NCBI GenBank assembly: GCA_965223545.1
Contig: OZ245006.1
Coordinates: 1,440,001 to 1,504,000 of the forward strand
Length of the DNA stretch: 64,000 nt
Direction: 5' to 3'
Source of the DNA: Planctomycetota bacterium
GTDB taxonomy: Bacteria > Planctomycetota > UBA1135 > UBA2386
Shown: in pieces, positions 55,451 through 64,000 of the stretch
Layout: each line of letters begins with the position of its first letter
Numbering within the stretch: the stretch's first letter is position 1
Notes under the pieces: generated by a model
Seen by the model: the letters and a program-made list of their open reading frames with translations, nothing else
Database searches by the model: none
What the model was told of the DNA's origin: nothing
Program-made: the position numbers and the translations under genes

Positions 55451-55920
55451 TACCCGGGGAGGGCTTGGGCGGCGCGGGCTTGCATCTCTTCGGGGGTGAG
55501 GTCTTCGATGCGGGTGGAGATCGACCAGCGGTGGCCGAAGGGGTCCTTGACCATGCCGTAGCGGTCGCCCCAGAACATGTCCTGCACCGGCATCTGCGGG
55601 GTGGCGCCGGCTTCGACGGCCTTGTTGTAGACGGCGTCGACGTCCTCGACGCAGAGGTGCACGATGACGGCGCCGTCGCGGTCGGGGTCGGGCCCGAGGC
55701 TGCCCCAGTCGGGGAACTCGTCGGCCAGCATGACGACCGAGTCGCCGATGCGGATCTGCGCGTGCAGCAACAGATCGGTGCCGGGCATCGGGTTCTGGAA
55801 CTGCACGGCCGCGCCGAAGGCGCGCTCGTAGAACGAGAGCGCCCGCGCCGCGCCGCGGACGACGAGGTGTGGGGTGACGGTGTGAAAGCCCTCGGGGATC
55901 GGATTGACTGCCTTGGCCAT
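55450..55920 (-). CDS. VOC/glyoxalase-family protein (PhnB-like)
   Basis: PIPEGFHTVTPHL, HAQIRIGDS, DMFWGDRYG, DPFGHRW. Confidence 0.93.
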   Translation of the reverse strand: MAKAVNPIPEGFHTVTPHLVVRGAARALSFYERAFGAAVQFQNPMPGTDLLLHAQIRIGDSVVMLADEFPDWGSLGPDPDRDGAVIVHLCVEDVDAVYNKAVEAGATPQMPVQDMFWGDRYGMVKDPFGHRWSISTRIEDLTPEEMQARAAQALPG

Positions 55921-55937
55921 CGGTCGAGCTCCTCTGC

Positions 55938-58934
55938 TCAGCGGTTGGAATCGGGTTCGGTCGGCGCGAACGCGCGCGCCCGCTCGGGCCTGCCCCAAGC
56001 GACATACAAGTCGTGCAGCGCGGCGCGCGTGCTGTGCACGTGCTCCTGGTCACTGCCCATCTGGCTGGTCATCGCCTGCAGGGTGTCGAGCAGCAGCGGC
56101 TCGGCTTCCGCGAACAGGCCGAGGCCGGCGACGATCCGCGCGATGACCGTGACGCGGATGCCGGCGATCCATCCGGTGTTGCGCGCGCGGACGTCGTCGA
56201 GCTCCGCCAGGGCCTGACGGGCCAACGCACGGGCGGCGTCGGGGTCCTCCGCGGCGCGCAGCTCGGCCTGCTTGATCGCCGCTTCGATCCGCTCCAATTG
56301 GAGCGACGGCCAATGGGCCAGAATCCCCGCTGCCTCGGCGACCATCTCGCCACGCACGCCATCGTCACCCAACACGACCGCATCACTCCACAACAACAAG
56401 ACGCGCGCAATCGTCGCCGCGGCCTCGGAGTCCGGCGGTACGTCGCGCTGGCGCTGCGCGCGCACGCGGGCCACCGGGCCGGCGACCGCGGCGCCGGCGA
56501 CCGGCGGCGGCGACGCCGTGTAGCGCAAACCGCCACAAGCCTGGTTGAGTCGGTCGAGTGCGCTGCACAGCTCGGCGTGCGGCGCCGAGAACACCAGCCG
56601 GGTGTAGGCCCACGGCATCAGCCACTTGTAGGTCGCGGTGGTGCGCGCCAGCACTTCGCGATACGGCTGCGCCATCTCCGGGCGCTGCCAACCGTCGTAC
56701 AACGAGATCAGCCGGCCGAGCACTTCCATCGTGTTGTAGTTGGACTCGTCCCAGATCTCGCGCACCACGGCATACGCCGGCACCAACAGAGCCTCGGCCT
56801 GCTCGAATTCACCGCGCCGGAACAAGCTTTCGGCCAGCGCCGACTCGGCCAACGCGATCTGCCAATGGCGGGCCGGATACACCTCGCGCAGCAACCGCAG
56901 CGAGGCGCGGATGCGCTCCTCCGCCTCGGCGGCGCGGCCGCTGCGCTGCAGGACCCCCACCAGCAGGGTCAAGGTCTCACCGATGTCGGGGTGATTGGCG
57001 GGCAGCACGCGCTCTTTGATGCGCAACGCCTCGGCCCAGAACTCGGCGGCCAGGTGCTCGTGCTCACCGAACCACACCGAGAATCCCGCCGCCTTGTAGC
57101 AATCCGCCAACACTGGCCAGAGTGGATCGTCCTCGGTGAGCACGGCGGCCGCACGCCGCTGGGTCTCGCCGAACAGCTCGGCGGCGCGGTCGAGATCCTG
57201 CGCCAAGAAGGCCGCGTTGAACTGCGCCAGCAGCCGTCCCAGTCCGGCGTCGGTCACGCCGACGTGCTCGTGCGCGGCGCGCAGCGCGACCTGCGAAAGC
57301 GCGTAGGAGTCGTCGCGCTCGAGACGGAAGGCGACGTTGGTGAGCGCCCACAGCGTGTTCCACGCCTCGGCCCCGTCGAGCACCGGCTGCTCCTCGAGAA
57401 GGCCCGCGACCCGCCGCAGGTGGCGCTCGGCGGCCTCGTTCGCGCCGATCGACTTGTAGGCGCGGCCGATCACCGAGCGCACGCGCGCCTCGGCCTCCGG
57501 TCGGCCAGCGAAGGCGGCGCCGACCTTGGCCGAGGCGCGGTCGAGCAGCGTCCGCACCGAGAGATCGGGCTCGCGGGCGACGTCGGGATCGGCGAGGGCG
57601 AGGGTCTGCGCGAGAAAGCCGAGCGACACCTCGGCGTCGTCGCGCCGTCGATCGGCCTCGGCCTTGGCCCACAGCACGCCCAACACACCACCGAGCAAGG
57701 CGAGGACGACCACCACTGCGGCGGCCACCGCACCGCGGTTGCGGGCGACGAACTTCGTCAACAGATAGAGCCGGCTCGGCGGGCCCGCCGACACCGGGCG
57801 CCGCTCCAGATGGCGGCGCAGATCGGCGGCGAGCTCGCTGGCGCTGTCGTAGCGCCGCACGCGCTCCTTCTCGAGCGCCTTCATCACGATCCAATCGAGG
57901 TCGCCGCGCAGCTTGCGGCTCAGCTCGACCGGCGCCGCGCCGCGGCTGCGGCAAATCGCCGCGTCGCCGTGCGTACTGACGCGCGCCGACGGCCGCTGCG
58001 GCGGCTGCTCGCGGATCACGCGCTGGATCTCGCCCAGACCGGCGCGCATCAGCTCCTCGACGTCGAACGGCGGCGTGCCGGTCAGCATCTCGTAGAGCAC
58101 CGCGCCCAGCGCGTAGATGTCGGTGCGCGTGTCGACGTCGAGCGCCGACAGCTCGGCCTGCTCCGGGCTCATGTAGGCCGGCGTGCCGATGAAGCGCTCG
58201 TAGCGGGTGAACAGCGTGCGCTCGGTCAGCTTGGTGTGGATCGCCTTGACGATGCCGAAGTCGATCACCTTGGGCACCGGCCTGCCGTCGAGCAGGGTGA
58301 CCATGATGTTGGACGGCTTGAGGTCGCGGTGGATCACGCCCTTCTGGTGCGCGTGCTGCACCGCGTCGCACACCGCCGCCAACAGCTCGAGCCGCTGCCG
58401 GGTCGGCAAACCGTTGCGGTCGCAGTAGTCGGTGATCGATACGCCGCGCACCAGCTCCATGACGAAGTACGGGCGCCCCGAAGACGTCGTGCCGCCGTCG
58501 AGGATCTTGGCGATGCCGTCGTGGTCCATCATCGCCAGCGCCTGCCGCTCGGCCTCGAACCGGGCGACGACTTCGGCGGTGTCCATCCCCAGCTTGAGCA
58601 CTTTGAGCGCGACCTGGCGGCGCACCGGCTCCTGCTGCTCGGCCATGTAGACCACGCCGAAACCGCCCTCACCGATCACCTGCAGCAGCTTGTAGCGATC
58701 AATGACCGCACCCGGCGCTTCGGCGAGCACGCCCAGCGGCCCCTGCGCGATCGCCGGCGCGGCCGCGCCGAGCGAGCGCGTGTCGGCTTTCGCCAGCATC
58801 CCCTCGAGCCGCGCGCGCAGCTCTGGGTCGTCCGCGCACTGGGCGGCGACGAACGCGCGGCGGTCGGCCGGCGGCAGGTCCATGGCCTGCTGGAACAGGG
58901 TCTCGAGACGGGCGAAGCGGGCGTCCTGCGGCAT
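55938..58934 (-). CDS. Hanks-type Ser/Thr kinase with TM and TPR repeats
   Basis: GEGGFG, VALK, HRDLKPSN, DFG, GTPAYMSPEQ; TM; TPR region. Confidence 0.95.
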   Translation of the reverse strand: MPQDARFARLETLFQQAMDLPPADRRAFVAAQCADDPELRARLEGMLAKADTRSLGAAAPAIAQGPLGVLAEAPGAVIDRYKLLQVIGEGGFGVVYMAEQQEPVRRQVALKVLKLGMDTAEVVARFEAERQALAMMDHDGIAKILDGGTTSSGRPYFVMELVRGVSITDYCDRNGLPTRQRLELLAAVCDAVQHAHQKGVIHRDLKPSNIMVTLLDGRPVPKVIDFGIVKAIHTKLTERTLFTRYERFIGTPAYMSPEQAELSALDVDTRTDIYALGAVLYEMLTGTPPFDVEELMRAGLGEIQRVIREQPPQRPSARVSTHGDAAICRSRGAAPVELSRKLRGDLDWIVMKALEKERVRRYDSASELAADLRRHLERRPVSAGPPSRLYLLTKFVARNRGAVAAAVVVVLALLGGVLGVLWAKAEADRRRDDAEVSLGFLAQTLALADPDVAREPDLSVRTLLDRASAKVGAAFAGRPEAEARVRSVIGRAYKSIGANEAAERHLRRVAGLLEEQPVLDGAEAWNTLWALTNVAFRLERDDSYALSQVALRAAHEHVGVTDAGLGRLLAQFNAAFLAQDLDRAAELFGETQRRAAAVLTEDDPLWPVLADCYKAAGFSVWFGEHEHLAAEFWAEALRIKERVLPANHPDIGETLTLLVGVLQRSGRAAEAEERIRASLRLLREVYPARHWQIALAESALAESLFRRGEFEQAEALLVPAYAVVREIWDESNYNTMEVLGRLISLYDGWQRPEMAQPYREVLARTTATYKWLMPWAYTRLVFSAPHAELCSALDRLNQACGGLRYTASPPPVAGAAVAGPVARVRAQRQRDVPPDSEAAATIARVLLLWSDAVVLGDDGVRGEMVAEAAGILAHWPSLQLERIEAAIKQAELRAAEDPDAARALARQALAELDDVRARNTGWIAGIRVTVIARIVAGLGLFAEAEPLLLDTLQAMTSQMGSDQEHVHSTRAALHDLYVAWGRPERARAFAPTEPDSNR

Positions 58935-59006
58935 GGGGAGGCACCGTCAGTGCGACGGAATCGGGCCCCGACCTTAATTCCAGCGACGCGAAAACCCCGG
59001 CGGCTC

Positions 59007-59570
59007 TCAGTCGCCGAGCTCGGTGTGCAACCAGGGCTTGATGAAGCGCCACTCGCGCTCGATGGTGCCGACCGAGAGGTCGAGGGCGGCCGCGGTCTCC
59101 GCGTTGGTCAGGCCGGTAAAATAGCGCAAGGAGACGATTCGCGCCTTGCGCGGATCGAGCTCCTCGAGCCGGGACAAGGCCTCGTCGACCGCCAGCAGTC
59201 GCTCGGGCGTCCACGATTCCGCCGGCTCGATCGCCGACAACGCGACCCGCTCGGCGTCACCACCGCGCTTCAGCCGTCGGCGCGCGCGGGCCTGCTCGAC
59301 CAGGATGCGGCGCATCGCCACGGCGGCGGCGGCGAAGAAGTGGCCGCGCCCGTTCCACTGCGCGCCCGCATCCTGCGCCAACCGCAAGTACGCCTCGTGC
59401 ACCAGCACGGTGGCCTGCACGCTGCGCCCGGGTGGCCCGTGTGCCAACCGCGCGCGGGCGAGCGCGTGCAGCTCGCCGTACAGAGTCTCGACCAGGGAGT
59501 CCGCGCTCCGCGGCGGAGGGTCGTCACCGGAGTCGGTTGCCAAGGCGAGCAAGGATGCGCCTCGCGGCAC
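59007..59570 (-). CDS. ECF sigma factor, kinase-associated type common in Planctomycetota
   Basis: QATVLVHEAYLRL, HFFAAAAVAMRRILV, KRGG, LRYFTGL, TIEREW. Confidence 0.93.
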   Translation of the reverse strand: MPRGASLLALATDSGDDPPPRSADSLVETLYGELHALARARLAHGPPGRSVQATVLVHEAYLRLAQDAGAQWNGRGHFFAAAAVAMRRILVEQARARRRLKRGGDAERVALSAIEPAESWTPERLLAVDEALSRLEELDPRKARIVSLRYFTGLTNAETAAALDLSVGTIEREWRFIKPWLHTELGD

Positions 59571-59692
59571 GCGCCGGCAAGGCGATCACACTTTGCGGCG
59601 GCAAGTACGAGAGTTTTTCTCGCGTTTGACGGGCGGCGACATATTCCGCGGCGGCCGATGCCGGATTGCTACGTTTTGGCTGGTTGGCCCCC

Positions 59693-62600
59693 ATGACAAG
59701 CGCTCCTCGACCGGTCCGCGTCCTGCTCGTCCACGGCACTCAGTTTCGCGGTGAGGAGGACGACCTCGACGTCGTCGGCCAGCCCGAGGACACCTCCGGC
59801 TGGTGGACCGCCGGCAGCGAGTTCCGCCGCGAGCTGAAGGAAGCGGTGCGCAGGGCGGAGGGAGCGTCGGCGCGGGTCGTGGCGTGGAAGTGGAGCGGCG
59901 CCAACAGCGAGCGCGCGCGGCGCCGCGCCGGCAAGCGGCTGCTGCGCCAGCTGCTGCGCTACGAACGCCGCGGCGACCCGTACCACGTGATCGCGCACAG
60001 CCACGGCGGCAGCGTGCTCTGGCACGCGCTGACCGACGCGCCGCATGCAATGCCGAAGATGCGTTCGTGGACGACGGTCGGCACACCGTTCCTGCGGTTC
60101 GGCATCCGCGCGATGGCTTGGATCTACCTGGCGCTGATCATCGGCGGGATCGCCGCCGTCAGCAGCAACCTGTACGGCTGCCGCACCGCGCTGCGCGAGG
60201 CTTCCGCGACCTACAGCGAAGGACTGCTCGACACCTGGCACAACCTGGTCGCCGGCGAGGAAGGCGCGCTGCCCGCTTTCATGCTCGCCACCGGGGTGTT
60301 GGTCGTGGTCCTCGTGCTGGGCTGGCGGATCGCGCAGATGGGCACCGCGCCGATCGTGCGCGGTGCGCTCGAGATGCGCCGCAAGATGCACGCGAAGACG
60401 GCGCGGCGCCGCTTCCGCAGCCGCTGGCTCGGCTTGCACTCCACCGGCGACGAGGCGATCGCCGGCCTGCGCAGCACGCTGGTCACGCCGCGCATGCGCA
60501 TCTTCCGCATCCCGTTCATCCGCTCGTCGAACCGCGCCCTGCAACTGATGGGCGAAGTCGTCAACGCGCCCGCGGCGCCGTTCGACTACGCCGTGATGCG
60601 ACGCCTGGTCGACCGCGGGCACGGCGCCGATATCGCCGGCTTGCGGCTGGTCGACGTGTCGGCCAGCCCGCCGCCGCAACCACCGCCGCGCCCCCTCGGC
60701 CGGCGTACCGAAGAGGCGATCCGGCTCGAGGCTCGCACTTCGGCCGAGCGCTTGCTCGACCGGCTGCGCGAGACCCTCTACCGCGGTAGCGTTCGGCCGC
60801 GGCCGACCACCCTGCACCGCGTGCTCGGCACGATCAAAGAGCTGCGGTTGGTGCACACGAGCTACTTCGACACCAGCACCGTCCGCCGCGTGCTGACCCG
60901 CCGCGTCGCCGCTGCGGAACCGCGGCCGCCGCGCCCGATGGCACCGCGGCGCGTCCGGCCGCACTTGTTTCGCACCTCGGCGGCCGTGCAGGAGTTCGCG
61001 CTGCACGGCATCGCGCTCAACGCGCTGGGCTTCATGTTGGTCGGCGCTTTCATCGCCAGCCAGGTCACGAGCAACCCGTTCTCGGCGGCCGGCATGGCAT
61101 CGCATGCCACCGAGAATCGGCCGGCCCTCGACCAGCTGCTGACCTCGCAGGCGGCGTTCGCCTCCGACGACGATCAAGCGCTCCCGCTTCGCCGCACGTG
61201 CGCCGGCTGGCTGCAGACACTGGCCAAACTCGACCGCGTCGCAGTCGCCCTCGCCGACGCCCGGCGCCTCGAATCCCCCAGCCACCGCGCCTGGGTCGCA
61301 TCGCTGCTGCACCGGTACTCCAGCGATCCCGGTGACCGCGAGCTGTGCCTGGAGGTGTTGGAGGAGTCGTTTGCCCTGGTCCAGCCGAGCGACGACCAGC
61401 CGGACCAGGTCGGCACGATGGACTTCGGCGCGGCCGGCCGAGTCCTGAGCCGCGCGTTCTTGGCGCAGATCGAGGCCGACGAAGAGGAGCTCGCCGACGC
61501 GGCTGCCGCCTCTGAGGCCAACGACGGGGGGGACGCACACGGTGAGCCGAGCGATGCGGTCGCCGGCGGTCCGGATACCGGCGCCGATGCCACCCCCACC
61601 GACGCCTCGCTGCGCCGCGCCCTCGTCGACCAGCTGCTGCAGCCCGATCTGGTGTGGACCGAAGACGTCGCGCTGACCGCGCTCGAGCACGTCAACGACG
61701 ACGACATGTGGCGGTTCTTGCAGGGTTACGCGGCCTTGCTGTCCAATCGCGACGCCGGCAGCGCTGCTCGTCCACCGACCGCCGACGAGTGGATCGACCG
61801 GCTCGCCGAGCTCGGCGAGCACGGCTCGCTGCACGGCCCGCTCGAACGCGTCATCGCCTACTACTACGGCCACACCGGGCAGGTGCCCGAGCTCGCGACG
61901 CTGCTGGAAACCTCCTTCGTCGACACCGAGGGCGAGGTCGGCCTGGACCCCAACCTGATCGCCGGCCTGCGCGGCATGCTGCACGGCAACCAGGACCGCC
62001 AGCGGATGTTCGACTCCCTGCTGGCGGTCCGGATCGCGCCGGGTTCGTCAACGGCAGTGATTCGTGCGCTGGAGATCGCTTCGGCGGCGCTCTACCTGGA
62101 CCAGGCCGAGGGCGCCGGCGTGGACGCCGCCCTGCCCCGGCGCATGGCGGACTACGCCCACGATCTGCTGCACCCGAACGCACCGAGCGGTATGCCTCAA
62201 TGGCCCGCGGAGGTCTCGACCGCGCTCCTGGCCCGCGCCCACCTGACGACCGGCTGGGCCTACCTCGAGCTCCTGCGCCGCAGCTTTGACGAGGTCGGCC
62301 GCGGGGGATCGCGCGCGCTGCTGCGCGACCGGATGCGGCACAATCTCCAAGCGGCGGCCGATCAAGCGATCCACCGCGAGGGCAGCCGCGATCCCGTGCT
62401 CGCCAAGGCCGCGACCCTGCTGGCATCCGGCGGTGCCCTCCACCGCGAACAAGCGATCCGCATCGCCAGCGGCATCGCCGACGACGACCGGCGCGAGCGC
62501 AAGCTGGAGGACATCGACACGATCGCCCAGCTGTGTCAGAGCTCCGGCCAGCCGCCCGCCGACGATGCTCTGCTCGAACACCGCGCGGGCAGCTTCCTCG

Positions 62601-62818
62601 ACGAGACCAACGTCTCGCTGCCCCGCGTCGAGTTCGCCACCAAGCTGGCGCGCCGCATCCTGACCGCGCAGACGCGTTCGGCACTACTGCTCCGCGCCGC
62701 CCGATGGTTCGAGAGCGAGCGCTTGCGGCCGCGCGCCTACCGCCTGCTTGTAGAATGCGAGCCCGAGCACCAGGCGGAGTTTTGGTGCAGCAAGCTGCGC
62801 CCGGTGCTGGACGGCTGA
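59693..62818 (+). CDS. Large membrane protein: alpha/beta-hydrolase domain, TM helices and helical repeats
   Basis: LVHGT, WSGANS, IAHSHGG nucleophile elbow, TVGTPF, DEA, HTSYF. Confidence 0.72.
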   Translation: MTSAPRPVRVLLVHGTQFRGEEDDLDVVGQPEDTSGWWTAGSEFRRELKEAVRRAEGASARVVAWKWSGANSERARRRAGKRLLRQLLRYERRGDPYHVIAHSHGGSVLWHALTDAPHAMPKMRSWTTVGTPFLRFGIRAMAWIYLALIIGGIAAVSSNLYGCRTALREASATYSEGLLDTWHNLVAGEEGALPAFMLATGVLVVVLVLGWRIAQMGTAPIVRGALEMRRKMHAKTARRRFRSRWLGLHSTGDEAIAGLRSTLVTPRMRIFRIPFIRSSNRALQLMGEVVNAPAAPFDYAVMRRLVDRGHGADIAGLRLVDVSASPPPQPPPRPLGRRTEEAIRLEARTSAERLLDRLRETLYRGSVRPRPTTLHRVLGTIKELRLVHTSYFDTSTVRRVLTRRVAAAEPRPPRPMAPRRVRPHLFRTSAAVQEFALHGIALNALGFMLVGAFIASQVTSNPFSAAGMASHATENRPALDQLLTSQAAFASDDDQALPLRRTCAGWLQTLAKLDRVAVALADARRLESPSHRAWVASLLHRYSSDPGDRELCLEVLEESFALVQPSDDQPDQVGTMDFGAAGRVLSRAFLAQIEADEEELADAAAASEANDGGDAHGEPSDAVAGGPDTGADATPTDASLRRALVDQLLQPDLVWTEDVALTALEHVNDDDMWRFLQGYAALLSNRDAGSAARPPTADEWIDRLAELGEHGSLHGPLERVIAYYYGHTGQVPELATLLETSFVDTEGEVGLDPNLIAGLRGMLHGNQDRQRMFDSLLAVRIAPGSSTAVIRALEIASAALYLDQAEGAGVDAALPRRMADYAHDLLHPNAPSGMPQWPAEVSTALLARAHLTTGWAYLELLRRSFDEVGRGGSRALLRDRMRHNLQAAADQAIHREGSRDPVLAKAATLLASGGALHREQAIRIASGIADDDRRERKLEDIDTIAQLCQSSGQPPADDALLEHRAGSFLDETNVSLPRVEFATKLARRILTAQTRSALLLRAARWFESERLRPRAYRLLVECEPEHQAEFWCSKLRPVLDG

Positions 62819-62828
62819 CGCACCCCGG

Positions 62829-63236
62829 ATGCAAACCCGGTACATCAACACCGACCTCGACCTCGCCGCGCACATCGACCTGCGCCCGCTCTTGACCGCG
62901 CTGGCCGCTGCCGGCGTGGAGGCGCTGCACGGCGCCGTGCGCGGTGACGACGATGCCTGGCACGCCGTGCTCGAGACCGCGATCCACTACCCCGAGCCGG
63001 AGACCACCATCGCGGCGATGCTGACTGCAATCGAAGCGCTGGCTCCCGCCGAGCGTTCCACCTGGAACGCGTGCCACCAGCGCGACTTCAATCTCGGCTA
63101 CGACTGCGGCACCGCGCCCTGGGCGTTCGCCGCCGGTCTGTCCAACGGCCTCCTCGCGCGCATCGCGGCAGTCGGCGCCACCGTGCAGTGGACGCTGTAC
63201 CCCTACCGCGAAGAGGACGACGCCCCACAGCCGTGA
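62829..63236 (+). CDS. Hypothetical protein
   Basis: Host-like codon usage; 10 nt downstream of the previous gene. Confidence 0.7.
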   Translation: MQTRYINTDLDLAAHIDLRPLLTALAAAGVEALHGAVRGDDDAWHAVLETAIHYPEPETTIAAMLTAIEALAPAERSTWNACHQRDFNLGYDCGTAPWAFAAGLSNGLLARIAAVGATVQWTLYPYREEDDAPQP

Positions 63237-63248
63237 GCCAGCCGGCGG

Positions 63249-64000
63249 TCAGCCGTCCTTGATGCGCTCGATGTCGGCGCCGATGCAGGCGAGCTTGGCT
63301 TCGATGCGCTCGTAGCCGCGATCGATGTGGTAGACGCGGCGCACGTCGGTGTGGCCCTGGGCGACGAGGCCGGCCAGTACCAGGCTGGCCGAAGCCCGCA
63401 GGTCGGAGGCCATCACCGGTGCGCCGCGCAGATCCTCGGTGCCCTCGATGATCGCCGTCGCGCCCTCGCGCCGGATCCGCGCTCCCAACCGAGCCAGCTC
63501 GGCGGCGTGGATGAAGCGCTCGGGGTAGACCTTCTCGGTGATCACCGAGACCCCCTCGGCGCGCGTCATCAACGCCATGAACTGCGCCTGCAGATCGGTG
63601 GGGAAGCCCGGGTAGGGCATCGTCGTCACGTCGACCGCGCGCAGCCTGCCGTCGGTCGTCGGTGCGTTCGAGATCCAATCGTCACCGGCCTCGAGATCGG
63701 CACCGGCCGCCTGCAAGCGGTCGAGCACGGCGAACATGTGGTCGGGCCGCGCGCCGCGCACGGTCACCGACGAGTTGGTCATCAGCGCACCGGTGAGGAA
63801 CGTCGCCGCCTCGATGCGGTCGGGGATGATCGACCACTCGCAGCCGGTCAGGCTCTCGACGCCCTCGATCTCGAGCAGGTGGCTGCCGATGCCTCGGATC
63901 TTGGCGCCACAGGCGTTGAGGAACTCGCAGAGGTCGACGATCTCGGGCTCCATCGCCGCCGCTTCGATCCGGGTGATGCCCTGGCCGAGGGTCGCCGCCA
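63249..64000 (-). CDS. murA: UDP-N-acetylglucosamine 1-carboxyvinyltransferase (5'-truncated by the window)
   Basis: [36 protein letters not shown]. Confidence 0.97.
   Translation of the reverse strand, partial: AATLGQGITRIEAAAMEPEIVDLCEFLNACGAKIRGIGSHLLEIEGVESLTGCEWSIIPDRIEAATFLTGALMTNSSVTVRGARPDHMFAVLDRLQAAGADLEAGDDWISNAPTTDGRLRAVDVTTMPYPGFPTDLQAQFMALMTRAEGVSVITEKVYPERFIHAAELARLGARIRREGATAIIEGTEDLRGAPVMASDLRASASLVLAGLVAQGHTDVRRVYHIDRGYERIEAKLACIGADIERIKDG

Noticed and set aside
1..64000. tRNA, rRNA, SRP RNA near ffh, prophage or IS elements
   Set aside because: No recognisable structural-RNA, phage, transposase or integrase signatures; a covariance-model search would be needed to exclude small RNAs

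Overview
Very GC-rich bacterial DNA. The gene content points to a non-model Planctomycetota genome (inference): DUF1501 Tat protein, ECF sigma/Ser-Thr kinase pair, sulfatase, PQQ-type propeller, CotH/VTC/DUF4956. About 50 genes are supportable. Housekeeping genes (dprA, ssb, prmC, prfA, rpmE, maf, rpsP, bfr, ffh, partial murA) are mixed with accessory blocks. Best candidates for undescribed systems: (1) a two-gene operon at 20.0-22.8 kb encoding an actin-fold ATPase resembling haloarchaeal volactin plus a long coiled-coil/Pro-Ala scaffold; (2) a 5.3 kb module at 48044-53396, bracketed by 31-bp inverted repeats, carrying a CybE/CybF-like TPP enzyme + KAS III pair (furanolide-type core), a GNAT and a secreted protein around a symmetric divergent promoter with a perfect 20-bp palindrome; (3) an envelope cluster with a possible split secretin around a giant DUF748 protein, upstream of dprA; (4) a C-terminal domain shared by four secreted proteins. 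Also present: a lower-GC DUF4145/HEPN islet, a tricorn-protease/beta-propeller fusion, a decayed kinase pseudogene, a REP-like repeat family and signs of leaderless transcription. No rRNA, tRNA, CRISPR array, transposase or integrase was recognised. Family assignments come from motif recognition by eye, not database searches.
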